Assembly (NCBI GenBank): GCA_965219415.1
Contig: CBDCNP010000002.1
Span: forward strand, 1,024,001-1,088,000
DNA: 64,000 nucleotides
From: Candidatus Marinacidobacterales bacterium
GTDB lineage: Bacteria > Acidobacteriota > Vicinamibacteria > Marinacidobacterales > DATDRI01
Direction: 5' to 3'
The position numbers and the translations under genes were made by a program. Under the pieces are notes generated by a model. That model made no database searches. It saw nothing but the letters and a program-made list of their open reading frames with translations, and had not been told where the DNA came from. Below are positions 30,455 through 40,274 of this stretch, piece after piece; positions within the stretch are counted from its first letter, which is position 1, and every line of letters starts with the position of its first letter.

Positions 30455-31411
30455 ATGAGAAACAACCTATTCTTCGCGGGTGTCGTGCTCTTGCTGGGCG
30501 GATGTGCCGATGACCAGGCATCGGTGCCAGAATCGCCTTCGACTCCCGAGTCCCAACTTTCATCAGCAGACGGGCCAAAGATTTCCTTTCACTCAGGACG
30601 CGACGGCAAATCGGCCATCTATGTGATGAATGCTGATGGGAGTAATCAAACCCGATTAACATTTACCGACGGGTACGATTCGCTACCCTACTGGTCTCCC
30701 GATGGGTCGACCATCGTATTTCAGTCTTCAAAGGAAAGAGACACTCCCGCGCAGCTTTACCTAATGAATGCCGATGGTTCGAACGTTAGGCAAATAACCA
30801 AGGATCCATATGGCCATAGTTCTGCTTCCTGGTCTCCGGATGGCAAGAGAATCGCCTTCCACTCCGACAGAGACGGTAGCAGCAACACTTATGTCATAGA
30901 CCCTGACGGCGGCAACGAAACCCAGATAACCGATGTGGCGGGCCATGCTTTTATATCGCCTACCTGGTCCCCGGATAGTAAGAGGATCGCCGTGGAGGGG
31001 GGTAAGCAGGGCGAAACGATTCAAACTGAATGGGGAGAGGCGAGGCCGTTTCAGATATGGGTCTTTGCGGTTGATGGCGGGAGCCCGCCGGTCGCAGTAA
31101 CAGATATAACCGCCTACAACGGCTACCCCGCCTGGTCCCCAGTCGGGCAAATCATCGCTTTCGATTCAACGCAAGGCGGTTGGGCGGATCTTTGGACCGT
31201 CAATCTAGAAGATAGAAGTACTGTCAACTTAACCAATCAACCGACTCAGAGTGAGTTTGCCGCCTGGTCTCCCGATAGTTCTAAGATCGCTTTTGTTGCA
31301 GACAGGGATGGAAATACTGAAATCTACGTGATGGATGCGGATGGAAGCCATCAAACTCGATTAACTTTTACTGAGGCTGGAGAGTCGGCGCCCGCCTGGT
31401 CCCCGCATTGA
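30455..31411 (+). CDS. TolB-like (PD40 repeat) beta-propeller lipoprotein
   Basis: LLGGC lipobox; six WSP(DG) repeats; IYVM.ADGS...RLT. Confidence 0.88.
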   Translation: MRNNLFFAGVVLLLGGCADDQASVPESPSTPESQLSSADGPKISFHSGRDGKSAIYVMNADGSNQTRLTFTDGYDSLPYWSPDGSTIVFQSSKERDTPAQLYLMNADGSNVRQITKDPYGHSSASWSPDGKRIAFHSDRDGSSNTYVIDPDGGNETQITDVAGHAFISPTWSPDSKRIAVEGGKQGETIQTEWGEARPFQIWVFAVDGGSPPVAVTDITAYNGYPAWSPVGQIIAFDSTQGGWADLWTVNLEDRSTVNLTNQPTQSEFAAWSPDSSKIAFVADRDGNTEIYVMDADGSHQTRLTFTEAGESAPAWSPH

Positions 31412-31552
31412 AGCGCGCAATGTCTTCACCCCCTCTCGTTTTCCAGAGACGCAATCTTGCACTGTTCGTGGCGCTGGCGATCGCCTGCAGTAGGCAGTTG
31501 TAGTGCCCCGTTGGGAAACGAGCGGCCTGGACGACGAGATCCGGCAGCTGTG

Positions 31553-32506
31553 GTGAGCCAACCGTTGTACGTGGTCATCGGCGTCACCGGACCCATGGGA
31601 GCGGCCGTCGCACGACTACTAGCCGGCGACGGCCAGCGGGTCCGCGGCATCAACCGCAGTGGGCGCGGCGACGTCGCGGCCGGAGTCGAGCTGGTCGGTG
31701 CCGACATCAAGGACACGGCGGCCGCGCGCGAAGTCTGCGCCGATGCTGCGGTGGTATTTCAATGCGCCAGCGCCCCCTACATGGACTGGTCCGATGCGGA
31801 CGCTCCGCAGCCATTGCGCTCCACCAACGAGGCCGATCACCTGCCGGCGATCACCGAGGGCACCATCGCCGCAGCCGCCGCCGCGGGTGCCCGCATCGTC
31901 TACGGCGACAACCACTACATGTACGGACCGGTCGACGGACCACTCACCGAGGATCATCCGTGGAACGCGACCGACTCGAAGGGACGGGCGCGAGTCGCCG
32001 TGGCGCGGCGCCTCCTGGATGCTCACGCCGCCGGCGAAGTGGTCGTGACGATTGGCTGCGCCTCCGACTTCTTCGGACCACAGGTGCTCAACTCGACCGT
32101 CGGCGACCGTCTCTTTGCACCGGCGCGGCGCGGCAAGCCCACGGCGATCCTCGGCGCTCCCGACCACCTGCATAGCTACTCGTTCATCGACGACGTGGCC
32201 GCCGGCCTGATCACCCTGGCCACGCGACCCGAGGCCCTCGGGCAGGTCTGGAACCTGCCCAACGACGCCCCTGTGACGCCACGCCGGTTCTACGAGATCG
32301 CCTATGAGGAAGCTGGCCACGCGCCCGCCATCGAGATCGGCAACGATCGCCTGCGCGCCCAACTCGGCTACGAGGCACATCTCATGGATCGTCCGTTCAT
32401 CGTCGACCATGGCAAGTTCGCCCGCGCCTTCGGCGCCCATCCGACCCAGTTGCGCCAGGCGATCCGTTCCACGGTGAGCTGGTTCCGCAGCCGGACGGCG
32501 ACTTGA
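31553..32506 (+). CDS. NAD-dependent epimerase/dehydratase family protein
   Basis: VIGVTGPMG, DN.YMYG, KG..R, SDFFGP and HSYSFIDDVA. Confidence 0.85.
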   Translation: MSQPLYVVIGVTGPMGAAVARLLAGDGQRVRGINRSGRGDVAAGVELVGADIKDTAAAREVCADAAVVFQCASAPYMDWSDADAPQPLRSTNEADHLPAITEGTIAAAAAAGARIVYGDNHYMYGPVDGPLTEDHPWNATDSKGRARVAVARRLLDAHAAGEVVVTIGCASDFFGPQVLNSTVGDRLFAPARRGKPTAILGAPDHLHSYSFIDDVAAGLITLATRPEALGQVWNLPNDAPVTPRRFYEIAYEEAGHAPAIEIGNDRLRAQLGYEAHLMDRPFIVDHGKFARAFGAHPTQLRQAIRSTVSWFRSRTAT

Positions 32507-32574
32507 GCTGGATACTCTCGGGGACGCTCGTCTCGCCGCTAGCGATCAGGGACCAGCAATTGGGTCGCGGCGTC

Positions 32575-33196
32575 TCACAGATTGCGGAACACCTCGCGCG
32601 TGCCGCCAAAATCCACCAGCGCCCACCCAATCTGCGAACCACTGTTCCAGCTCATCGTCACGGGCGGCCATTGCTGTCTCCCACTGCGCCATGCTGTCCC
32701 AGGTCGATGACCAGACGAACTTCCCCGGAGCGTCGCTGCCGCAGATCATCTGCTGGTTCTGCCCCGACCAGCCAGAGATACCCTGGACCCGGGCCATCAA
32801 CTGGCGCGCCTGCTCGAGACGATCGACGCGGGCGATATAGGCGCTCCGCACCTCGATCCTGCGCGGCGTATTGTCGGGCGGAGCTGCGGGATCGAGCACG
32901 GTGAAGATCTCCTGACCAGCACCGTAACGCAGGCGCGGCGCGATCTCATCGCACCAGGAGCGGTACTCGTCACATTCCTCGGCCGCGGTCATCGCCTGCT
33001 CCCAGGCCGCCAGGCTCGCCCACTGGAACGACCAGACAAACAAGCTTTGCTGAGCATGGCCGTGGAGCATCTGCTGGAAGCGCCCATGCCAGCCGAGCAG
33101 CGGCCAGATCTCCTCGCGGCACTGCTGCGCCAACTCCTCCACCGGCCCCTCGGCATCGGGCATCTTCACGAGGTAGGCAGTTCGTACTTCGATCAT
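32575..33196 (-). CDS. Tandem NIPSNAP-like (dimeric alpha-beta barrel) protein; +1 frameshift near 32622
   Basis: Two internal repeats starting IEVRTAY and IEVRSAY, each with FVWS..W.S.A.WE.AM. The corrected end reads LVDFGGTREVFRNL*. Confidence 0.55.
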
Positions 33197-34248
33197 CAGC
33201 TCTCCTGTCGCGATGATGGGCTCGGCTCCGCTCCGGCCTGCAAGTGGCAGGCGATCGCGTGACCCGGCGCAATGGAGATTAGCTCCGGCTCGACGCGATC
33301 ACAATCGATTCCGTGCTCCGTCATCACCTGGTTCTTCACCGGGCATCGCGTACAGAAATTGCAGCCCGCCGGCGGATTGGATGGACTCGGGATCTCGCCC
33401 GTGAGCGTCATCGGTGGGCCCTTTTGTGCGCGCTCCGGATCGGGCACCGGAACCGCGGCCAACAGCGCCTGTGTGTACGGATGGCGGGGCCTCGCGAACA
33501 GCTCGGCGCGACTAGCGCTCTCGACGATCTTGCCCAGGTACATCACCGCAACCCGATCGCTGACCTGTCGCACCGCACCGAGATCGTGGGCTATGAACAG
33601 GTAGGACAGCCCCCGACGCGCCTGCAGGTCGCGCAGCAGCTTGATGATCTGCGCTTGGATTGACAGATCGAGTGCTGAGGTGGGCTCATCGCAGATCAGC
33701 AGGTCGGGCTCCAGTGCCAATGCACGAGCGACGCCGACGCGCTGGCGCTGGCCACCGGACAGCTGGCGCGGTAGCCGCGACCCGAGCACCGGGTCCAGCC
33801 CCACGGTTTCGAACAGCCGATCGACCTGAGTGCGCAGCGCGCGGCCTGAGATCCGGCGATGGATCTGGAGCGGCTCGCCAACGAGCCGGTGCACGCGCCA
33901 GCGCGGATTGAGCGCCGCACCAGCATCCTGAAATACCAGCTGCATTCGCGGGCGCAGGGCGCGCAGCGGACCCTCGCCGAGCGTCGTGATCTCGACGCCG
34001 TCGAAGCAAATGGTCCCGGAGGTCGTCGGCACCAGCCGTAGCAGTGCGCGTCCGAGTGTGCTCTTGCCGCAACCGCTCTCTCCCACGAGGCCGAGCGTCT
34101 CGCCACGGCCGACGGTCAGGGAAACGCCGTCGACGGCACGCACGACCCCGCGGCGGCGCCCAAGCACTCCACCGCTGCGACCCGCGAAGTGAACCCGCAG
34201 GTCGGACACTTCGACCAGTGGCGTCTCCTCGGAAGTCGGTGTATTCAT
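33196..34248 (-). CDS. Oligopeptide/dipeptide ABC transporter ATP-binding protein (OppF/DppF-like)
   Basis: [33 protein letters not shown] and PSP..PP.GC.F..RCP. Confidence 0.95.
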   Translation of the reverse strand: MNTPTSEETPLVEVSDLRVHFAGRSGGVLGRRRGVVRAVDGVSLTVGRGETLGLVGESGCGKSTLGRALLRLVPTTSGTICFDGVEITTLGEGPLRALRPRMQLVFQDAGAALNPRWRVHRLVGEPLQIHRRISGRALRTQVDRLFETVGLDPVLGSRLPRQLSGGQRQRVGVARALALEPDLLICDEPTSALDLSIQAQIIKLLRDLQARRGLSYLFIAHDLGAVRQVSDRVAVMYLGKIVESASRAELFARPRHPYTQALLAAVPVPDPERAQKGPPMTLTGEIPSPSNPPAGCNFCTRCPVKNQVMTEHGIDCDRVEPELISIAPGHAIACHLQAGAEPSPSSRQES

Positions 34249-35111
34249 GTTCCCGACTCGGTCGTGCCGTGAGTGCTTCCGATCGCCGCATTCAACCGCG
34301 CCAGCGCCATCAGCTCCCGGGTATAGGGTTGCGTGGGCGCCGCGTACAGCTCACGCACCGGCGCGGTCTCGACGATCCGCCCAGAGCGCATTACCGCGAC
34401 GCGGTCGGCCAGCCCAGCGACGACCCCGAGGTCGTGGCTGATCCAGATCAACGCCATTCGTAGCTCGTCGCGCAGCCGCCGGATCAGGGCGACGATCTGC
34501 GCCTGCACGGTCACGTCGAGCGCCGTGGTCGGCTCGTCGGCGATCAGCAGCTCCGACTTGCCGGCGAGGGCCATGGCGATCATCGCCCGCTGCCGCATGC
34601 CGCCCGAGAGCTGGTGTGGGTAGGCGCGCGACACCTCGAACGGTCCGGGAATGCCGACACGCGCGAGCCATTCGACGGCCCGCAGCTCCGCCTCGCCTCG
34701 CGAGGCACCGCCATGTAGCTCGATCACCTCACCGATCTGACGACCGATACGCATCACCGGGTTGAGCGCCGAAAGCGGATCCTGGAAGACGAAGCCGACC
34801 CGCCGGCCACGAACACGTGTCCACCCGACAGTATCGAGACCTTGCAGGTCGATGTTGCCAAGGCGGATGCGTTCGGCACGAACGCGGGCCGGAGGCACCG
34901 ATAACAAGCCCACCAGAGCCAGCGCGGTGACGCTCTTGCCCGAGCCCGACTCGCCGACGATGCCGAGCGCCTCGCCGGGGTGTACCGCCAGACTCACACC
35001 CGCGACCGCCCGCACTACCCCCTCCGCCGTTTCAAACTCGACGTGCAGATCGCGCACGTCGAGCAATGGCGCGCCGGTCGCGGAGCGGGTCTGGCCGATC
35101 ACGGCTGACAA
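34245..35111 (-). CDS. Oligopeptide/dipeptide ABC transporter ATP-binding protein (OppD/DppD-like)
   Basis: [20 protein letters not shown] and [17 protein letters not shown]. Confidence 0.95.
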   Translation of the reverse strand: MSAVIGQTRSATGAPLLDVRDLHVEFETAEGVVRAVAGVSLAVHPGEALGIVGESGSGKSVTALALVGLLSVPPARVRAERIRLGNIDLQGLDTVGWTRVRGRRVGFVFQDPLSALNPVMRIGRQIGEVIELHGGASRGEAELRAVEWLARVGIPGPFEVSRAYPHQLSGGMRQRAMIAMALAGKSELLIADEPTTALDVTVQAQIVALIRRLRDELRMALIWISHDLGVVAGLADRVAVMRSGRIVETAPVRELYAAPTQPYTRELMALARLNAAIGSTHGTTESGT

Positions 35112-35229
35112 CTAGATTTGTGAAATGCCGTGGGGCCCCACTCCCACGGCTCGGCCTGTCGTCGGCGGACAAGCCGCCGGGCTCGCTCCGCTCGCGCAGG
35201 ATGCGATGAGTTTTTCAGCATCCTGCTAG
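35112..35229. mobile_element. MITE/REP-like non-coding element flanked by CTAG duplications
   Basis: CTAG at 35112-35115 and 35226-35229. Internal hairpins GCCGTGGG..CCCACGGC, CGGCGG..GCCGCCG and CAGGATGC..GCATCCTG. The minus-strand end reads CAGGATGCTGAAAAA. Confidence 0.65.
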
Positions 35230-36227
35230 GCCTCGAAGCCCATCTCCGGATTGAAGTCACCGCCACTGCACATGACCTTGCCGTCGAGTACCACCGTCGG
35301 CGCCGCCAGCATGATGTCCATGTGGTAGTCACTCAGTCCCACCGTGCCGCCGAAGTCCGGGTTCTGGTAACCGAACCCGAAATCGACCGCCCCGAACTTG
35401 CGCTCGTCCTCGATCATGCGGCCCGATATCCCCGCTTGCGGGTTCAGCCCGAGGCTGTAGTGACACAGCTTGTAGATGGTCGGGTCGTTGCAGCTGGCCA
35501 ACCACGCGCGCATGACATCAGCCTCGGCGCCGCCCTCGACCTTGGTGATGACCCCGTTCTCCATCTTGAAGCTGTAGGGGCTGTGCACGACGCCCTGAAC
35601 GCTGTCCGACGCGTCGATGACGATAACGCCATTGATGGTTTCCTCGACCGGAGCGACGTTGGTCTGCATGCCGGGGTAGAAATCGTCCCTCCCAGGTCGA
35701 TCCAGCTTGCCCGTCCCGAGATCGGCCCTTCGCGGCTTCAGCTGAAAGCTGACATCCGTGCCCTGTGGCGACGTGACCTGACAGACATCGGTGGCCTCCC
35801 ACAGTTTACAGACGCGCTCTCCGATGCGAATCATCTTGTCGATATCGACATGCAGCAGGGCGCGAACGACGTAGTCCTCCACCCCGGTGACTTCGGTGTA
35901 GAGAATGCTCGTGCCCGTCGCCTTTGCATCGAGCATTGCCTGCGATGCGTCGATACCATCGTCGATGATCGAGATGATGTACTTGGCCGCCTTGAAGGAC
36001 GCGGCGAGGATAGGTCCCGGGTTGGCGGCCTCACCCGGCCTAGCGTGCGCCTTGATGATCAGCTGTGTATCGGCTCCCGAACGCACCCCGGCTGCTCTCA
36101 ACGCGTGCGCTAGGTTCAGATCGCTGCGCGTGTCGGCGAGCACCAGCACCGGGTCGCCGGCGTCCGGCTCGACCAGGCGCTTGATGGTCACGTCTGCGAA
36201 CTCGTCCCAGAACTCTCTCGACTTCAT
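35226..36227 (-). CDS. M29 aminopeptidase / NicX-like metallo-enzyme
   Basis: V.SPQGTD.SF, D.YPG, NG.IVID, G.ITKVEGG..A, H.SLGLNP.A, EDER..G..FGFG and H.DI. Confidence 0.72.
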   Translation of the reverse strand: MKSREFWDEFADVTIKRLVEPDAGDPVLVLADTRSDLNLAHALRAAGVRSGADTQLIIKAHARPGEAANPGPILAASFKAAKYIISIIDDGIDASQAMLDAKATGTSILYTEVTGVEDYVVRALLHVDIDKMIRIGERVCKLWEATDVCQVTSPQGTDVSFQLKPRRADLGTGKLDRPGRDDFYPGMQTNVAPVEETINGVIVIDASDSVQGVVHSPYSFKMENGVITKVEGGAEADVMRAWLASCNDPTIYKLCHYSLGLNPQAGISGRMIEDERKFGAVDFGFGYQNPDFGGTVGLSDYHMDIMLAAPTVVLDGKVMCSGGDFNPEMGFEA

Positions 36228-36303
36228 GTTCTCACTCCTTTTCACTGCACCCCTCGCGGGGTCGCACAGCTCATCATTCACTGGTTGTTGGAAGGGAAAT
36301 CAG

Positions 36304-37675
36304 GAGCTCTTGTCAATAGGTGTGTAAAAAAGTTCAGGCAGCAGCAACCTTCGACGACTCCGTTACCCTGTCTCCATCTTCAAATCGAACGCCCAGGTGA
36401 ACCTCTCGCATCAGCTCCGGTGCGTTGAGCCGGCGAAAATTCTTCTCCGCAACCAGAAGCAGTTTGAAGATTGTCGCAGTGGCGGACTCGACTTTCTTGA
36501 ACCTTTTGGCCGCATCCGTTCTCAATCTCAGTGCAGCGAACGGTGACTCCACGACGTTGCTCGTGCGAAGGTGTTGCCAGTGAGGCTTGGGAAAGGAATA
36601 GAAGCTGACCATCCGCTCCCAGTCCTCGTCGAGCACGTGCGCGGCCCCCGGAAGACCCTTGCGCAAGCACCAATCCTGGAACTTGGCCTTCTTCGTCTCG
36701 CACTCCTGCAGGCTGGTGGGGTAGGGGGTCGCCGTCAACAGCGGCTTGGCCTGCGCCTGGTCCCTTTTCGGAATCCGGTCCAGTACGTTGAGGATTCGGT
36801 GGTTCCAGCACCGCTGCTCCTCAGCTTCTGGAAATACGTTTCGGGTCGCGGCCCAGATGTCGAGATGACCGTCACCGATCACCAAACGGGGACATCTCAG
36901 ACCGCGCTTCTTCAGTCTCCGTAGCAGCGACGACCATGACGCTTCGGATTCTCGATGCCCGGCCTCCAGCGTCAGGACGATTTTCGTCCCGTCGGACAGG
37001 CCACCAACCGCAACTAGCACCGCCGCCTTGTCCTTCTCAAGGCCGGCCTTCACGTACACGCCATCTACCCACAGGGACACGAGCTCGAGTTCGTCCAGTG
37101 GGCGAGCTAGCCACTGCTCGTACTCTCCCTGCCATTTCTGTTTCAGCCGCGACACCGTGCTGGGAGAAAGTGGAGCGTCCTCCCCTAGAAGCCCGCGGAG
37201 CGCCAGATCGAAATCTCCGTGAGCTAGTCCATGCAGGTACAGCTCCGGAATCAACTCGCTCACCGTTTCGCTCCGACGCTTGAACAGCGGAAGCACTCGA
37301 CTTTCGAACCTCTCCTCCACGTCCCCTACTCTCGGCCGGCGAACCGTCACCGTGCCCACGCTCATCGTCAGCTTCCGAGGCTTACCGTATCCATTTCGAT
37401 AGCCCGCCGTTGTGTCCACGGGCTTCCGTCTCTCCGATTTCTCACGCCCGAGAAGCTCCGTGACTTCGGCTACCATCAGCTCCTGCACCCAATCCTGGAT
37501 CTCGAGCCTCGCCCACTTCTCCAGCGACTCCCAAGCCACCCTTGACGAGCTCCGTCGTCTTGTGGTCTTTTCCTTCATGGCGGTGTCTCCTTCCGTTGGC
37601 CCCTTCACGCCGTGTTTCGTGACGCGGAAGGTTACTCCGCCTTTACTTTATTTCCACACCTTCTGAGGGTAGCTC
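36304..37675 (-). mobile_element. IS256-family insertion sequence, 1372 bp, apparently complete
   Basis: Imperfect terminal IRs (GAGCTCTTGTCAATAGGTGTGTAAA and GAGCTACCCTCAGAAGGTGTGGAAA). 8-bp target duplication GAAATCAG at 36296-36303 and 37676-37683. Confidence 0.92.
36334..37578 (-). CDS. IS256 family transposase
   Basis: YRNGY..R, LYLHGL, WVDG (D), IGDG (D), QRCW.H and LRTSN.VES (E). Confidence 0.95.
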   Translation of the reverse strand: MKEKTTRRRSSSRVAWESLEKWARLEIQDWVQELMVAEVTELLGREKSERRKPVDTTAGYRNGYGKPRKLTMSVGTVTVRRPRVGDVEERFESRVLPLFKRRSETVSELIPELYLHGLAHGDFDLALRGLLGEDAPLSPSTVSRLKQKWQGEYEQWLARPLDELELVSLWVDGVYVKAGLEKDKAAVLVAVGGLSDGTKIVLTLEAGHRESEASWSSLLRRLKKRGLRCPRLVIGDGHLDIWAATRNVFPEAEEQRCWNHRILNVLDRIPKRDQAQAKPLLTATPYPTSLQECETKKAKFQDWCLRKGLPGAAHVLDEDWERMVSFYSFPKPHWQHLRTSNVVESPFAALRLRTDAAKRFKKVESATATIFKLLLVAEKNFRRLNAPELMREVHLGVRFEDGDRVTESSKVAAA

Positions 37676-37679
37676 GAAA

Positions 37680-38426
37680 TCAGGCGTCGGCGTCGAGGCC
37701 ACCCGGCGTCGGAAATGCACGTTTGCTCTGCGCAATCGAAAGCCGCGCCAGGCTCTCGGCCATCATCGCCGAAGATTGGATCGGGTCGATCACCGGGATC
37801 GGCAGCTCGCGCTGCATGCGACTGATCACGTCGAGGCTGCCGTAGCCGATGACAACGTCGGCGCCGTCCTCCCGCATGGCCAGGTGCGCCTGCTCGATCA
37901 TCGCGTCGGGCAGGCTCGCGTCCCGCGCGGCGAACTCGAGCGTCTTGCCGCTCACCGAGCGTACCGAGGCAAGCTTGTCGGCGAAGCCGTACGTGCGCGC
38001 CAGGTCCTCGATACAGCGCGAGCCGTAGCCTCCACGCTGGTTGCCGCTGGTCGCGCCCGGCATCAGGAACGAGAAGCGCCGTCCGACCATCGAGGCAAAA
38101 TGCATCGCCGCCTCCGCCTCTCCGATGACCGGGATGCTCAGCGCCTCTTTGGCGCCCTGCACCCCGGGGTCGTCGAGACATCCCATGGCAACAGCGTGGA
38201 AACCGTCCTGCTCGGCGCGCTGGGCCGCGCGGACGTGCAGCACCGCCACCAACTCGGCATCGTACGAGCAGCCGATGGCCTCGATCGGTGCCTCCGGCAG
38301 GTCCCTCAGAACAACCTCCACATCCGGTCGTGCCAGAGGCGCAAGGAGCTCGCGATGCACTTCGCCCCAGGCCTCAAGCCCGCCGCGAACAGGGATCGTC
38401 GCACAGATACGGATACGCTCCATCAT
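37680..38426 (-). CDS. Asp/Glu/hydantoin racemase superfamily protein
   Basis: AE.DG..AV.MGC..DPG....KE.L.IPVIG.AEA.MH.A...G.RFS, EDGADVV and IPVIDP. Confidence 0.85.
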   Translation of the reverse strand: MMERIRICATIPVRGGLEAWGEVHRELLAPLARPDVEVVLRDLPEAPIEAIGCSYDAELVAVLHVRAAQRAEQDGFHAVAMGCLDDPGVQGAKEALSIPVIGEAEAAMHFASMVGRRFSFLMPGATSGNQRGGYGSRCIEDLARTYGFADKLASVRSVSGKTLEFAARDASLPDAMIEQAHLAMREDGADVVIGYGSLDVISRMQRELPIPVIDPIQSSAMMAESLARLSIAQSKRAFPTPGGLDADA

Positions 38427-39274
38427 CTCTCCTTTGCGACGCCCGCCACGGCAATGCGCGACCCCTGGTGGAGCCGGTCGCCGAGGGCCTCGCCGATAAG
38501 GTTGAATCCGACAACCAAGGTAAATAGCACGAACCCTGGGAAGCTCGCCACCCACCACTGATCGAGCAGGAAGATCTGTCCCTCGGCGACCATGCGTCCC
38601 CATTCGGGCGTGGGTGGCTGTGCCCCGAGGCCGAGGTAGCTCAGCGACGCCGCCGTCAGGGCCACGAAGCCGGCGTCGAGCGAGACGCGCACGATTATCG
38701 GATCGAGGACGTTGGGCAGCATGTGGCCGATGATGCGGAACCGGCTGGCTCCGATCACCCGTGCCGATTCGACGAACTCCTGCTGGCGCACCGAGAGGAT
38801 CTGGCCGCGCACCAGCCGCGCGTAGGCTGGCCACCACAGGAAGGCAACCGCGAACACCGTTTGGCGCAGGCCCCGACCGAGCACTGCGTTGGTTGCCAGT
38901 GCCAAGATCAACGGCGGGAACGCCAGGAACACGTCGGTCGTGCGCATCAGCAGGCCGTCGAGCCGCCCGCCAACATAGCCGGACACCGAGCCAATGCCGA
39001 CCCCGACCAGGCTGGCGATCGCCAGCACAGCTAAAACCGTACCCAGCGTCGTGCGCGCTCCGTAGATGATGCGCGTGTAAATGTCGTTGCCGGTGCCATC
39101 GGTGCCGAGCCAGTGCATCGGCGATGGCGCGGTCAGGCGGCCCTCGAGGTTTAATCTGGCCGGGTCGTGGCGGGTGAACAGCCACGGAGCCACGGCCATA
39201 GTCGCGAAAAGCCCAACGATCACGGCGCCTACGACCAGTCGACGGTCGTGCGTACGGACGAGCGCGCTACTCAT
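38423..39274 (-). CDS. Peptide ABC transporter permease (OppC/DppC-like)
   Basis: HWLGTD..G.DI..RI.YGAR, EFVESAR..GA and SYLGLG.QPPTPEWG. Confidence 0.93.
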   Translation of the reverse strand: MSSALVRTHDRRLVVGAVIVGLFATMAVAPWLFTRHDPARLNLEGRLTAPSPMHWLGTDGTGNDIYTRIIYGARTTLGTVLAVLAIASLVGVGIGSVSGYVGGRLDGLLMRTTDVFLAFPPLILALATNAVLGRGLRQTVFAVAFLWWPAYARLVRGQILSVRQQEFVESARVIGASRFRIIGHMLPNVLDPIIVRVSLDAGFVALTAASLSYLGLGAQPPTPEWGRMVAEGQIFLLDQWWVASFPGFVLFTLVVGFNLIGEALGDRLHQGSRIAVAGVAKER

Positions 39275-40274
39275 AGCAAATTCGCGGGTCCAGGCGCGCG
39301 TAGACGAGATCGACGCCGAGGTTGACCAACAGGTAGACGGTCGTGGCGATCAGCGTGATCCCCATGATCACCGGGATATCGAGGCGGAAGATGCCGGTCC
39401 AGGCGTAGGTGCCGAGACCACCCCAAGAGAACAGGTTCTCTATCAGCACCGTGCCGCCGAGTAAATAGGCCACCTGCAAGCCGATCACAGTGGTCGTGGG
39501 CAGCAGAGCGTTGGGCAAGGCATGGCGCAGCCAGACGGTGCGCTCGGCGAACCCCTTGGCGCGCGCCGTGCGCACGTACTCCTGGTCAAGCGCCTGCAGC
39601 ATCGATCTGCGGGTAATCCGGCCCACCTCCGAAACGCCCGCTATCGCTAGAGTCACAGCTGGCAGTACGAGATGACGGGCAGCATCCAGGAGCGTGCTCC
39701 ACTGACCCGCCAGCAGGGCATCGACCGTGTACATGCCGGTGAAAAACGGCGGCGGCACCGTCTCCAGTCCCAGGCGTCCGGCGATCGGCAGCACGCGCAG
39801 CCAACCGGCGAAGACGATCTGTAGCAGCAGTGCCGTGAAGAAGACTGGCATGCCCACGCCGACATAGGAGAAGCCGAGGAAGGCACGGTCGGCCCACTTG
39901 CCGCGCCTGGTCGCAGAGTGCACCCCGACCGGAATGCCGACGCCGACCGCGATCACCATAGTTGCCAGCAAGAGCTCCAGCGTCGCGGGGAAGAAGAGGC
40001 GGAGCTCCTCGGCCACTGCCTGCTTGGAGGTCAGCGAGGTACCGAGATCGGCGCGGGCTAGCCGGCCCATGTAGATGGCGTACTGGATCGGCAGCGGACG
40101 GTCGAGCCCGAGCCGCTCGCGTACCGCCTCGAGTTGCTCCGGCTTCGCGAGTCGACCCGCCGCAGTACGTGCAGGGTCGCCCGGAAGCAGATTGGTCAGC
40201 GAGAACGTGAGCATGCTGACACCAAGCAGCACCGGCACCATCTGCAGCAGGCGCCGCGCGACATACCGTCCCAT
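39267..40274 (-). CDS. Peptide ABC transporter permease (OppB/DppB-like)
   Basis: PGDPA, LGLDRPL..QY, DLG.S, PATLEL, HL.LPA.TL and EYVRTARAKG. Confidence 0.93.
   Translation of the reverse strand: MGRYVARRLLQMVPVLLGVSMLTFSLTNLLPGDPARTAAGRLAKPEQLEAVRERLGLDRPLPIQYAIYMGRLARADLGTSLTSKQAVAEELRLFFPATLELLLATMVIAVGVGIPVGVHSATRRGKWADRAFLGFSYVGVGMPVFFTALLLQIVFAGWLRVLPIAGRLGLETVPPPFFTGMYTVDALLAGQWSTLLDAARHLVLPAVTLAIAGVSEVGRITRRSMLQALDQEYVRTARAKGFAERTVWLRHALPNALLPTTTVIGLQVAYLLGGTVLIENLFSWGGLGTYAWTGIFRLDIPVIMGITLIATTVYLLVNLGVDLVYARLDPRICYE

Noticed and set aside
30455-31411. tolB of a Tol-Pal system
   Set aside because: Propeller only; no TolB N-terminal domain and no tolQRA or pal neighbours.
37680-39185. 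501-aa ORF as a racemase fusion protein
   Set aside because: The 5' half is an alternate frame over the permease gene. The real start is at 38426 or 38423, after an AGGAG RBS.
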